Below are positions 24,643 through 37,843 of a stretch of 64,000 nucleotides of DNA, piece by piece (within the stretch, counting starts at the first letter, position 1; every line of letters starts with the position of its first letter). Source of the DNA: Podarcis tiliguerta (taxonomy: Eukaryota). Both the position numbers and the translations under genes were made by a program. The stretch lies in NCBI GenBank assembly GCA_965153285.1, contig OZ229129.1, one strand, 5' to 3'. The notes under the pieces are model-generated. The model had not been told where the DNA came from. It did not search any database and saw nothing but the letters and a program-made list of their open reading frames with translations.

Positions 24643-27641
24643 CCCGACTGAGGACTAATTTATCCCCACTCAAGTGTGGGAGCAGCGGTGTCTCAGAAAC
24701 CTTGATTAGCCAACTAACTAGGCTGCATTCCCTCCCCATAAAAGATGTGATCTAATTCAAAGTAGGTTGCCTCTTCAAAGTATGTTCACACTGATATCCA
24801 GAGACAAAATACTAGTTTTTCACAATCAACTGCAAATGTACATTATTATTAGACTTAATTTAAATGATGGGTTGAAATGACCTTTGATCACTTATGCACA
24901 TTACGATCAAGGTCACTGCAAACTACCTTTAATATAGTCTTCAGTCACCAGTATCTGAAGGGGAAAATCAGTACATTCCTGGCATTCATAGTGGGTACTA
25001 TGAATGACCCAAAAATATGCTTTTAGCAAAGAAGCTTGTAACAGGGGGCTGAAGGCACTATACAATGGCAAGAATCTCTAACTGAGATTTTTATTACTGG
25101 AAGCTAGTTTATGCATTCAGCACCATCAAGTGGCATAGCTCTTTCTGCACTATTCCACTGCGCAATGTGGGTGGGATACATATTTTAATATTGTTCCACA
25201 ACCAGTCACATACAGCATGGTACAGCTGAGTTGCTGCTGCTTACTGGGAAGGAAAGGGAAATGGGGAGTTAATAGGTAGGTTGTCATATTACAAACACAC
25301 CAGCGGAACCAATTCCGTGCCAATGCATTTGCACCAGGGTGGCTTCCCCATTATTAGCAAAGTAACTTAAATAATGCAGACTCTTGAGAGAAAAATTAAA
25401 TCATGATGCTCTACTGAGGAAACCTGTACAAAAACAGAGAGGCAATGCATTACTACTTCAGGCCTTGTACATAGCAAGGATACATTCAACCAAAAATACA
25501 GAAGGAGACTCCCTCAGAACTACGCAGCCACTCAGATCATGTGGTACCCCCAAACATATAGTTGCTAAGCAACACCTCCAGTTATCACTTTCTTGGCAAG
25601 CTGAGTTTAGCATTAACAGATTTAACCCTTAAGCTGCACACTGAACGATCACCACTGTTGCATTTACAACACCTATTGACTCAACCCCCTCCTTCCCAAT
25701 AAGCAGCAGTGATTCAGCTGCCAGGATGTCAGGTGATCATTGCCACCACAACAAACATTATTCTATTGTCCACAACCATTAGGTGGGGGGGGGGGGCAGA
25801 CCAGGAAGAAGGCTGTGATGAATGCTTCATTCTGACATGCTATTTTTCTACATGTATGAAGCAAGTTTCCACTTGAGGGAGCATTCAAATACACAGCCCC
25901 CCACCCACAACCATCTTGAAGTGGAAGAGTCCATGGATAGCTTTAGGATTTGATTCTGCTTATTGTGTAAACTAGCAATCAGGAATAAAATATATGAGAT
26001 TACTGAGACAAGACCAGTACATGTCATTGGTGCTAAAGTAGTAATGAATGCAGCCTTTGGGATGACCTCACCAATGTTCAGGATATCTGGGGCAAGTTCA
26101 CATGGCATATGGTAGAGGGCAGAATTGGCAAAACTGGCCAGCATTGGTTTTCTTGCCTTCACTGCAGTGTTAGCTGGCCCTGCAGCAATGCCAAGCTTTC
26201 CACCGGGGCAATAACCTTACGGTGACATCTGCCTCCTCCAGGGGATCATGCAACTTAGTAAAAGATACAGAGAAGATAACATGTGGATAAAATATTCTGA
26301 TTACTTGTTAGTTGTAGTTCTTGGTCATGCTGGCTGCTAAGGCTACTGGTACCTGTAGTCCCACAACCTCTAAGTAGGCTATAGGTTTATCACCCCTGCT
26401 TTAGAAAGTCAACCTATTATTTGTGTCATGAGCCTAAGCCTGAGCACAAATGGACAAATCTGTCATTTCCACTTTCTCACTGTTCCATGTTTCCGTTCTT
26501 AAATTCATTTCTCTATGCTTCTACATCAATTTATATGTTATTGGTGTTGTTGTTGTTTTTAAAAAATGTCAATATGTCAATATGTATCCCTCCTAATAAA
26601 CACATTTTTGCCTGTAGATCTGACTACATTTTTTTTGCAAAAAAATAAGAATCCTTAAAATAAAATGCCTTTTTGCATGCTTCTTATATGCACACTTCCT
26701 TCTAATAAATGCATTTTTGTACCCATTACTTGACTGGACCACTTCATTGCAAAAAAATACAGAATTGTGAATTTTGAAGGATCACTGTGCTTCATTTCAA
26801 TTACTGGTTTTAGAAGGGGAAAGCAGGTGATCCCCCCCTCCCAATTGAAATGCAAACAGAATCATTTTCCCCCCCTGTCCAGAGTTGGAGCTTAACCTCA
26901 GTTCAGATAGATCCCAAGCAGGCTATAAATTCGCAGGCACTGGCCAATGTTAGCAGCAGCTAAAATCCTTCATTTTGAAGTACTGTCTATTCCCCCACTC
27001 CTCCTCTCCACCCCCTTGCAGTCTTTCTCTCCTTTGGAAATGTAAAATCCAAAACAATTAAGTGGGACTAATTTACCATTGCCATGCACCAGCCAGGATA
27101 CTTCTGATGTGTAGGCTACACAACTGAGATGGAAGAGCTGGCAAGGAAATGCAATTTCCTTGCAAATGTAGCTTTTGGTACAGCATGAAGAAAGGTTTGC
27201 ATAGAAGTGAAGATTGGGGAAGAGGAAGCGTGCCTACAAGCCATTCTTTTGCATGTTTGCATGGAGATTGGCAAAACGCATAGATGAAGGGCTGTATTGA
27301 AACTCTCAACAGTCAAACCCTTCATATTTTTTACTTGAAATAGACTGCTACCTGGATATGTTTATTTAACGAGATCATGTCATGTTGAGAAAGTTATGCA
27401 AGGAAATATGAAATAACTTTCTTGATGTCTTGTGCTGGCCTACCCAATATCTTGTTGAATGCCATGAGATAGCTAACAGCAGCATCCTACGATCTGCAGC
27501 TGGAGGATCTACCATTAGGCTTATGAGCCTCCATCCCAGTCCTAAGCATCAAATGGAATTCCTGTCTCAGTGTGCAGACCTGAGCACAGCCCAAGCAGTA
27601 GCCACCATTTACCAATGTGATACTGTTGCATCATAAAGGCC

Positions 27642-28148
27642 TTGTTGTTGTTGTTTAGTCGTTTAGTCGTGCCCGACTCTTTGTGACCCCATGGACCAGA
27701 GCATGCCAGGCACTTCTGTCTTCCACTGCCTCCAGCAGTTGGTCAAACTCATGCTGGTAGCTTCGAGAACACTATCCAACCGTCTCGTCCTCTGCCATCC
27801 CCTTCTCCTTGTGCCCTCAATCTTTCCCAACATCAGGGTCTTTTCCAGGGAGTCTTCTCTTCTCATGAGGTGGCCAAAGTATTGGAGCCTCAGCTTCACA
27901 ATCTGTCCTTCCAGTGAGCACTCAGGGCTGATTTCCTTAAAAATGGATACGTTTGATCTTGCAGTCCATGGGACTCTCAAGAGTCTCCTCCAGCACCATA
28001 ATTCAAAAGCATCAATTCTTCAGCGATCAGCCTTCTTTATGGTCCAGCTTTCACTTCCATACATCACTACTGGGGAAACAGTAGCTTTTACTATACGGAC
28101 CTTTGTTGGCAAGGTGATGTCTCTACTTTACTTTTTAAGATGCTGTCT
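27642..28148 (-). mobile_element. BovB (RTE clade) LINE 3' fragment
   Basis: RVPWTAR.SN.SI.KEISPECSLEGQ..KLRLQYFGHLMRREDSLEKTLMLGKIEG.RRRG peptide; (CAA)n tail seen as ttgttgttgttg; frameshifted. Confidence 0.95.
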
Positions 28149-28164
28149 ACCATTATGTAAATGA

Positions 28165-28530
28165 GGAGTGGGGAACCTCAGGCCCAGAGACCAAACGCAT
28201 CTCACCCACGATCTCTCTATTTGACCCTCAGGACTCTCTCCAGGTAATACAACTCCTCTGAGTGCCTGACTGGAATGTATCCTTGCACTGTGGCAATGCT
28301 TCTTGCTGGCTTGTAAGGAGAATGGAGAAAAGTGTGATGCACATGGTTGTATATCTGTAGAAACCTCTGTCTTGTGTGGCTGGAAAATAATCTGATGTGC
28401 AAAGCTAAGAGTCACATCTATTGTTCCATCTGCTTTTGCATTTGGCCTTGTCCAGCGTTGGTATGTGGCCCCTGCAAGGTTGCCCAGTAATTAATGTTGC
28501 CCTTCCACTCGGAAGGTTTTCCCACCCCAC
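28165..28530. mobile_element. hAT-like non-autonomous element, degenerate
   Basis: gtggggaacctcaggccc start and ggttttcccacccc end form imperfect TIRs; a matching end lies at about 59532-59566. Confidence 0.55.
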
Positions 28531-29974
28531 CCGAATGTGACAAAATGGATAAATTAAAAGGCATAAGAAAATCAGTAATTTAATGAAACACTGCATTTCT
28601 TACATACACTAAAAACAACTTGGTGAGGGGGGATCACCTTGAGATTTGAGATTTTCCACCAAAATGTTTGTGAGAGCAATCCATCTGTTAGATGTGACTA
28701 ACACTAAGCAACCTCAGGGGCTCTTGCAAGAATAAACAGCAATGTGATATATTTCGCAAATTAAAAATGGTGTACCTAAACTAATAACAACATTAGCAAT
28801 CTGTTGGCACTAAATAAATGTGAAATAGCCAGAAATCAGGAAATAGCTTGCCAATTAGGCTGCAGATTTTGTTTCCACAATAAACCCTGACTCCAGACGC
28901 CTGAGTGTCAGGAGGACACTAGTTAAGACTCTAACAGGGGAGACAGAAACAGACGGTCCTATCGATCTTCATGGCACCTTATACACATGACTGCATTTCT
29001 CCCTTTCCTAAGTATAACATGCAAGGTGACTAAATAATGAGTGCCATTACCCCTGAGGGATATAAATTCCCTAAAGCCAACCGCTCAGAACACCATTCGC
29101 CAATCTCCCTAGCAGATGTAAAATCTGGGAGCTGTGGCAGAGCATTGCAGAAAAGAGATGTAAGCCAAAACGAATTGCAGGCAGATGGATTACAGCGGAG
29201 AAAATATTGCTGCGCCCGAGCCCCAAATGCAGATACGTCTTTAAATGGACTCATTTTTCTCCCCAGAACTCCATGTAGAGTTCATTGTGTAAGATCTAAA
29301 AGATAATTTCCAAAAAAAGAAAGGAAAGGAGAAAGGGAGATTTACAACAGATGAAATCTTTAACGCTGCCTTGTTAACCCATTTCTCAGGACTCGATCAC
29401 ATTGTTGTGTTGTTCTACATAGGAATTTTCCTTTTCCAGTCCAGAGATGGAGGTGAAATTCAATTGAGTTCACATTTAAGGGTGAACTTGCCTGATTCAC
29501 ACTTTCCAAAACAGTATATGAACTGAAATACAGCCAGACATTAAAATTCACCCTTCTGTGAAATTTTCAGTGCATTTCTCCAGCCTATATATATTTATAT
29601 TTACAAAAGTACACATGCTAGCATAAAGTGTGCATATAAATGCACATGCTTGTAAAAGTAACATGCAAAAAACATTTTACTAGGGGAAATTGTAAACAGC
29701 ATATGAGCCAACTCCTAGGGGCCAAGGGTTCTTCGATCCCCCAATAAAATATGAGAGGGCTGTCCCCCCAGGCAATGCCATTCAAATGATGTGTGTGCAC
29801 CACGTCATGTGATTGATTATGGGGAGTGGGGCTTTCCTGCCCTCCCCAATATTTTATTCAATTTGGCACCCCTCTGTAACAGGATGGAGCAGGAATGGCC
29901 TATGCCAACCAAACCAGAACAGGAAGGATTTAGCAACTCTGACCCTTCCAAGATCCTTCCTAGCCCCTGGGTAA

Positions 29975-30138
29975 AAAGGTAAGGGTAAAGGACCAGTGGA
30001 TGGTTAAGTCCAGTCAAAGGCAACTATGGGGTGCAGCGCTCATCTCACTTTCAGGCCCAGGGAGCTGGCTTTCTGGGTCATGTGGCCAGCAGGACTAAAC
30101 CGCTTCTGGCACAACAGAATACCATGACAGAACCAGGG
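29975..30138 (-). mobile_element. Sauria SINE 3' fragment
   Basis: aaggtaagggtaaagg tail and gggtcatgtggccagca..actaaaccgcttctggc core align to the other copies. Confidence 0.8.
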
Positions 30139-32433
30139 ATTATCGGATTGCAGCATACTCATTTACTTACAATGTAAGTAATTGCTCTCCTAACAGTGGT
30201 TAGGGCAAGTCCAGAAATCTTTCCTGTGGTAATAAAATAAGATTTCAAAAGCTCTCCATAAATTTATAACTTTTTTCTGTCAGAGACATGATATGTCTCC
30301 TCTTTCTTTATTTTTTACAAACTGTTTATCTTAAGGGCACAATAAAATTCAGAGCACTGCTTACTATAAATGATGCAGAGCAATGCATGAGGTTGATGGG
30401 TGAAAAGCCTTCAAAAGGATAACTAGTTACTGCTCCAGCTCTTTCCTAGCTAGCAATCTTTTTTTCTCCCAAAGAACAGTCCTTAAAGGCAACTTTGATT
30501 TTGTTTTAGCCTTTCCTGAAGATTGCTATGTATGCTGGCATATCCCCTCCCCATAAAAGCATATAAATATTGTAATATGTAATTTGCACAGAAAGGAACA
30601 TTCCTCCGGAAATATATATATTGGAACACTTTAAGCAACCTGAATGTTAATCACTCATCATTGGAAGAGAGGGTGCTTGTTTGTCATTGACACAATCCAC
30701 AGTATTCCTGCCAGATCCTCCTATTATACAGCTGCTTAAAAGCAAAGATTGTGGCCAGTTATTCCAGAGATATACATGGAACAAATTTTACCAAATGTAT
30801 TTCTGTCAGGTAGCTCTTAAGGCAGCAGTGGTGATCCTGTGGCCTGCCAGATGTTGGTGGACTTAACTCCCCTCATCCCTGACCATTGGCCATGATGGTT
30901 GTGGCTGGTGGGAGCTAATTCTTGTATCAGAAGTTCAAGACTTGATCCAAGAACCTCACAACTTGATACTTTGTCAAGTGAACTAACTTGGAACTTTGTG
31001 CCTAACACCAACTCTTGCATTTGTAGGCAGCATGATACTTTGAAATTGCCCAGGCCCGGTATAAGTACTGGCAGTGCTGCCTTTAGCATATGCACTGCCA
31101 GGGTGCAAAGATCCACCCAGCGCCCCCAAACGGTGCATTGCGCCATTGTGAATGACAAGTGCCATCGTTGACTCTGACAAGCACTGTCATTGTGAATGAC
31201 AAGCGCCACTGCTGGTGCGGTGCATCTTTGGTAAATGAGCGCACAAAAGTTGAAAATCCTTTAGTTAAACAGTAGGTTACATTTCAGTAATACCTAGATA
31301 TATACGCATTTTGTTTTGCTAACTTGATCAAAATTATTTATTATTTCATAACAGGTAGATAGTTAGACAGCTTCAGTGGCGGGTGCCTGGTGCCCCCCAA
31401 GAATTCAGCGCTCGGTTGCCCCACACCCCTTGCACCCCCGGGTAAAGACAGCCCTGAGTACTGGCAACCTGGCCTCCTCTCTTGCCAGATTGAGAAAATA
31501 TAATGTTACAAAAGACCATTTGCTCCTGCTTTTCTTGTGAGGTAAAACAGGCAAGGTAGCACACCTCTCTAAAATATCTCCCCTGTATTACTGAGCTGAA
31601 ATCCTAACACGTGGGAACAATATTTGTGGATTCTGCATATGGGGAAGGGACTGACTTTTTATCATACTTCCCTTCTCCCCACAGTATCTCCCCAGCCTGT
31701 TTGGAGGACTGACAAGTAAATGAGATGAGTCTGTGGTTAGAATAATCTGTCATCTTCAGAACTGTGTTTTATTGTTGTTGTTATGATACACTTCAGAGAA
31801 ATGAACAGAGAAATAGTAGGTTGCATTTTTTAAAAAAAGAAATAGTAATTTCTTAACTTCTATAGTCTTTCAAACTACAATCATATACATGGTCCAATCA
31901 AACCATTAAGCTCATGTAAGTGCGCAAAGGATTGCAGTCTGGGGGAAAATTCAGTAACTTACAAGTAGAATATATTTTGTAGATGTGCATCTAGTACGGG
32001 ACTTGCTCTGCAGGGAAACAAAGGAGATTCGCCAATCAAATGAAGGTGAAATCAAGGCAAAATAAAATCCACAGCACTTTAACTTGTATGTCAAGAGTGT
32101 GTGGGCGGGTGAAATATCAAATTCAGAGGCATTAAGAGACTGTTTGTGGAATCTGCCCTTAGATAGAGAAGAATGCTTAGCATATTTATTAGCATCAGAG
32201 AAAAATAATTGTATATTGAAAAATTTCCTATATAAAATACATATTTTTTTCTGAGATTGAATACTTTTTTCACCTGGCAGAATATTTATCTTTCTTATAA
32301 GGTTTAACCATTAAAATTTATTGTGACTCATTGACAAAAAATTCTTTATTAGGTTGGGGGGGGGGGAGTGAGAGAGATTACTGGACCCTATATTTCATTT
32401 CCATGTTGAAATGCACTCAAAGATTTACAGTAA

Positions 32434-32558
32434 GAGTGGGGAACCTATGTCCCTTCAGATGTTCGATGGACTACAAATCCCATCATTCCTGAGCAGAGCT
32501 CATGTTGACTGGAGTTTATGAGAGAAGTTCAAGAACATCCAGAAGGCCACAAATTTCA
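32434..32558. mobile_element. Short hAT-like fold-back MITE
   Basis: gtggggaacct..cagatgtt..ggactacaa.tcccatcat.cctga...aacatccagaaggccaca. About 10 degenerate copies in the window (near 1284, 7497, 9986, 17000, 26310, 30825, 40072, 42145, 47720). Confidence 0.7.
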
Positions 32559-34247
32559 CTTCACTTATTTACTTGATATTCCCTGTTTCTGTTTCTTTAT
32601 CAGGGTGCTCAGTAATTTCTTTAGTGTTTTACTGGGTGTCATGAGGTTGCCAAAGGTGGTATTTTCTCTCTCTCTCTCTCTCCCTCCAACACATGAGTCA
32701 ATATTGGAACTATACTTCTCCTTTTGCAAGGAAGGATTCATTAGATAAAATGAAGTATCCCAGCCAGCTGATATTTTTTGTTACCGTCAAAGCAAATTGT
32801 TGCTTACTGAATTTATCATTGCTGCATTTTATTGCCAGAGAGAAGCACTTCCACTGGGTGCCACAATAATTTGTCCACCCTTGGGTATTATGAACCTTGG
32901 CTTTTGTGCAAGGGAGTGACAATTCCTAGGAGCATGCGCAAACCACAAGCTTTGGTTTAAACCCCAGTTTGGTGCTTTGAAAAATAGTCAAAAATAGTCA
33001 CAATGGAAATCCCCTGACGCTCACAATGGGAATCCCAAGCTCCACCCTTTCACCACCCAAAATCCCTCTGAGGCATCCCACTTTGGTTCAGGAGTCTTTA
33101 GGATCTGTCGAACAGCCTTACCATTTGGGGATCTATCACAGACAACAAAAGATTTTAGACTGGTCCTAATCCCACCCCCCACCCTGGCTGCCCTTTCAAA
33201 TACTTGTCCCATCATGACCAGCAAGAAGTGCATCACGTGGGGCTTCAGTTTATCAATTTTATTTATCCCTTCAGGAAAGTTAATGAGTATTTATGAACCT
33301 AGAAAGTTACACCCACCACCTCTCCAAATTTTGAAACTGAGTAGCATTACTGATTTAAAGAGTTGCATCCCTTCTCCCTAGCAGCCCATGATCACTTTGC
33401 ATTTTCTTGTTTGTTTTTGTAGTTAAAATATCGCGCATCTTCAAAGACCCCGTGTTCTTTCAGGTCGTGCCACTGCATTATTGTTTACTATTATTGAGGA
33501 AAGACTTCTTATGCATGTCATAACTTGAAATATGTTGAAGGAGAGAGTTCTAAATCATTTCCAGTTTCCTCTTTTCCTTAATTGGTGTTTTCTCTCCTTT
33601 AGAGCCAGCATCTCACATGAATCATTTGACATGTTGAGACCTTCACCCCAAATCTATACCATTTATATATCTGTCACCTACCTAGCCTTCTTTGCTAACT
33701 GTAATTCAAAAGAACTTTGAAACCACTCTGTTTGGGATAGGTTAGTTTTCTGGAGAAAAATGAAAATACAGAGCAGAAAGTGAGATTTTAATTTCCCTGT
33801 TATCCATGGCCTTTTTAAAGGAAATGTTATTACAGTGATTTGGAATGTTTCCTTTTGTTTACCCTTTTATATAACTGGGACAACACACATGTTCATTTTC
33901 TGTTCTCCATGGGTGAGTAAACTAAGATTTACGCAGAGCAGACCCAGTGAAATTAACAGACCTAAGTCTTCAATCACCTTAAATTCTAACCAATGTTCAG
34001 TGTGCTGAAGTATATATTCCTACTCAGAAATAAGGCTACTCTAAGCCTGGCTGAGTGTGGAACTCATCCATTGTATGGTTATGGAGCTAAAACTATCCAT
34101 AATGCAAGCAATCTGCAAATATCATGGAAATAGTAACTGTGGGGCAAGAGGCAAATTCACATTAGGACCACAGTTCAAAGGGAAAGGTTTTCCATCTGAA
34201 AAATCCACCCCTGAATTTGCTATTTTCCCCACAGGACAATGCATACA

Positions 34248-34418
34248 AGGAAAAGGCAGTGGCTCAGTGGTAGAACAATTCCTTTGCATGCAGAAGTTCC
34301 CAGGTTCAGTCCCCAGTATCTCCAGTTAGGACTGAGAGCATCCCTTTCCTTAAACCCTAGAAAGCTACTCTTAACCAGACTATACAATACCAAACTAGAT
34401 GGACCAGCAGCTTCCTGT
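34248..34418 (+). mobile_element. tRNA-Ala-derived SINE
   Basis: gctcagtggtagaac...tttgcatgcagaagttcccaggttcagtccccagtatctcca matches the tRNA-Ala(TGC) layout; shared tail ctagatggacc...gcagcttcct. Confidence 0.75.
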
Positions 34419-35680
34419 AGAGGTATGTATCTACCAGAAGAAAAATGGCAGAAGGGGGTAATTTTAATCAAGAAAAAAATATATCCCCCTCCAGCACCAC
34501 AGTCCCAGCCCACCAACTCCAGCCCTCTCTGCAACTACCATTAATAGAAAACCACATCAGATTCTGTTCACAGATCTCCCATGTCACATCCGTTCGGTTC
34601 ATAGATAAATATAGCATATATAATTCAAAAAAGCATTCAGTGCTGGAAAAAGAGAGAGAAAAGAAGACTCAAGTTCTATTACAATTCTGATCTTCGTTCT
34701 CCAGATCTACGTGTAAATGGCATGTAGTTATGAATAAGGGATTTGTTTTTACAAAATGTGGCAAGGATGTGTTTAGCAAGAAAGCATCTATATTCATTCA
34801 GCTTTGCCCTCAAACTGCTAAATTTCTCCTGGTTTACATTCTTCAAAGCAGATGATTGAAGCTAGATGATTAACTTCCAAACATATATGAATTAGCATAT
34901 AATACATAAGCATTCTACACAAGCCTGCTAATATTTAGCAAGGTACTCACCTATGCATATCCAGGAATTACAAAGCTAATGAAAGATGGCAGTACACTGA
35001 AGCAGAATTAATTTAGTAAGATGTCAGAAATCTTACAGACACTTGACTGGTGGAGTTTCACTTTGAAGTAGGGAAGGATAGAGGATGCGGATGGAGAGGC
35101 TTCCAAATGTCCCTTCACATACTGATGAAAACATTTAGAGCTGTGTCAGGTTCTTAAGTTGGACTAACTTGATGCGGTTCCTTCCACCACCACCCTCAAT
35201 TTCCTATCCTCCCTGCCAGTCTGCCCCTTCCCCAACAAAACTAAAACCCTTACCACAGAGAAAGAAGGTGGAGTAGAAGATGGGAGGTGAATTTGCATCA
35301 CACTAAGCCAGTGCAACACACTGTCAATCATGGTGCCCCATGCCAAATACAGCCAATATGCTAGGTATGTGCGCCCCACAATAAGCTTTGGGACACCTCA
35401 AATCACACATTGTTACCTTCAGGAAAGTGGCTTCTATAACAAATCACAGTATGACATTTGGCCCACTGCTTGGTTTTGGTACAAGCTGCTGTTCATCATT
35501 CTGCCCCATTCCATTAATAGCCAGTGTATTTCAAAAAGGGAACAATGACCTTTGGGCCACTGCAAATCAAATGCCCACACCTCCAGAACAGCGCCCATCA
35601 TGAGAAGGCATAGAATCACGTGTGACCCAACAGTTTATTGCATAGGGCATCCACTGCCCCCTGCCCAATTATTTTTGTGG

Positions 35681-35777
35681 AGATATAGATATAGATATAG
35701 ATATAGATATGGATGATATAGATATAGATGATATAGATATAGATGATATAGATATAGATGATATAGATATAGATATA
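35681..35777. repeat. (GATATA)n microsatellite with GAT interruptions
   Basis: Directly visible. Confidence 0.95.
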
Positions 35778-37400
35778 TAAAAAAATCTAAATGATGACTG
35801 GGCTGCTCTATCCCAAAATTCTCATCAGAAAGTCAGTCCTAGTTAGGGCAACACACTATTCAGAGGGGCTAAGATACACTGTTCATACACACATCAAAGT
35901 TACTTCCTGCATAGCTTACCAAAGCGCAGTCCAAGTAGGCGGAAAAGGAACCAGGCAAATAGTTGGCCTATAGATTTCAGCAGGGAGACAATGGCCAAAG
36001 AAAGAGAAATCTGGCCCAGCTCCTGAAAATGCTGGCATCTTGAGCCCACCTATGGCTAATGATGGGGACATCAATGGCTTCTGCTGGATATCTATAGCAG
36101 TTGTGGACATCAGCCCAGCTGTGGCTATGCATTAAATGCTTATTTATGGAGACCCTTCAGTCTTGAATTTATGAGCGGCTTAACAATTCTGTTGCAGAAA
36201 CATTGGTCGTTTAACTCAGTCTGCTTCCACCACTGTGTAGTATTTTAACAAGGTAAGTAAGAAAAGACAAAGAAAAAGAAAAAAGGAGACCTAGTTTACA
36301 GGGAAGATGATGATATAAACCTCCAAATAGTCTTTTACCGGGGAAGGGGGTGGATATCCAGTTGTTAAAGGTTTGTAGAAAGGAAAGATCTGATTTATTT
36401 TCACAATAACTTTCCTAGGATGTAAGGGTCTAAGGATAAAACAGTTAAAAGATCATTCTGTAGACAACAAAGTATAAATATGGTAAAACTTTGGGCCCCA
36501 GTTGTAACTCTCATTTTTAATGAGTTTTTCACTTTGAGATGGAACTGTTGTTTTATCTCCCTCTATAAAAATGTGATAAAATATCCATCACTTCAGAAGG
36601 TATCTGTGTGAGGACTTAGTTGCATTGGATATTTCAGCAGGGCACAACGAAAAAGAAGCCCTGGGCCTAGGGTCTTGTTGATATAGCACAGATAACAATG
36701 GCCCTGTTGAATTAGTCCAAAGACCACAAGCAGGATCTCAGTGCAAAAAGCTCTCCCCACTTCTGATTCCTAGCAACACATATTCAGAGCCACATTGCCT
36801 CTGACAGTGGAGTTAGAATACATAGCCATCATAGATAGCCACTGATGACCCTATACTCCTCCAACAGAGAAAGGAGAATATAGCTATGAATTTATCAAAT
36901 CCTCTTTTAAAGCCATTCACTTTCACTGGACGGTTCTAGCATTATGAAAGAAACTTCTCTCTATTCACATTCTTCATAATATGCACAATTTTATAACAGC
37001 CATTCACATTTTCTCCTAAAGTAGAAAGCTCCAATTGATGTCACCTTCTCTAACAGGGGAATTCTTACAATCCCGTGATCATTTTGGTTGACCAAAACTT
37101 TATGTTATAGTCCTTGGTTCCAAGTGGTGAAAGGATCTGCCTCTAGGCTTCCCAAAACACTGGGAAATCCCAAGAATACCAGCCATTCCACACAAAAAGA
37201 AAGATGGCCCCAGTGGTGTCTACCACTTCCTCTGCAGAGCCGCTCTCTGCTGTACTCCACACACCAAATGTATGAGCATGCATGAGCAGATACGGTATTT
37301 TAAAACTGAATAGCTCATGTGCATCTGATCACCTGGGTTCACTATCCCCTTGCTGGCTCTCTATTGGAACACTGACTATCTGTATATATGCAGTCGATTA

Positions 37401-37513
37401 TAGGAATCTGCCTTATACCAAGTCAGGGTTTCAGATTGGAATCTCTCCCAATCCTACCTGGAGATGCTGGGGTTTGAACCTAGGATCTTCTGCAGGCAAA
37501 GCAGATACTGAGC
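37401..37513 (-). mobile_element. tRNA-Ala-derived SINE fragment
   Basis: taggaatctgccttatacc tail and cctacctggagatgctggggtttgaacctagg head, both reverse complement. Confidence 0.65.
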
Positions 37514-37529
37514 AACACACTCTGCAAAA

Positions 37530-37810
37530 GAGGGCCTTCTGCAGACACCATCTCTTGAGAAGGTCCATTTCATATAATGTAGGAACTAGGACTTTAACTA
37601 TGGTGGCACCTACCCTTTGGGACTCCCTCCCATTGCATTGCAGACAAAACCTGTCTCTATGGCCTTGTCAGTGGCTATTCTTCCTGTTTCACCCACCTTT
37701 TAAACCAGCCTGTATCTGTATTGATTCTGATTTTTATCTTTACAGATGAAATGAATTAGGGTTGTTGCTGTTTTTTTACATATGGAATTGTGGGTGGAGT
37801 ATAAATAAAA
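37530..37810 (+). mobile_element. L2-clade 3' fragment
   Basis: RTLTMVAPTLWDSLP resembles the L2 RAFSVAAP.LWNSLP motif; followed by an (ATT)n run. Confidence 0.55.

Positions 37811-37843
<33 letters not shown>
37811..37843. repeat. (ATT)n microsatellite
   Basis: Directly visible. Confidence 0.95.

Noticed and set aside
34260-34324. Functional tRNA-Ala gene
   Set aside because: Stems are degenerate and it is fused to a SINE tail. The same applies to the tRNA-Ile-like head at 49251-49310.
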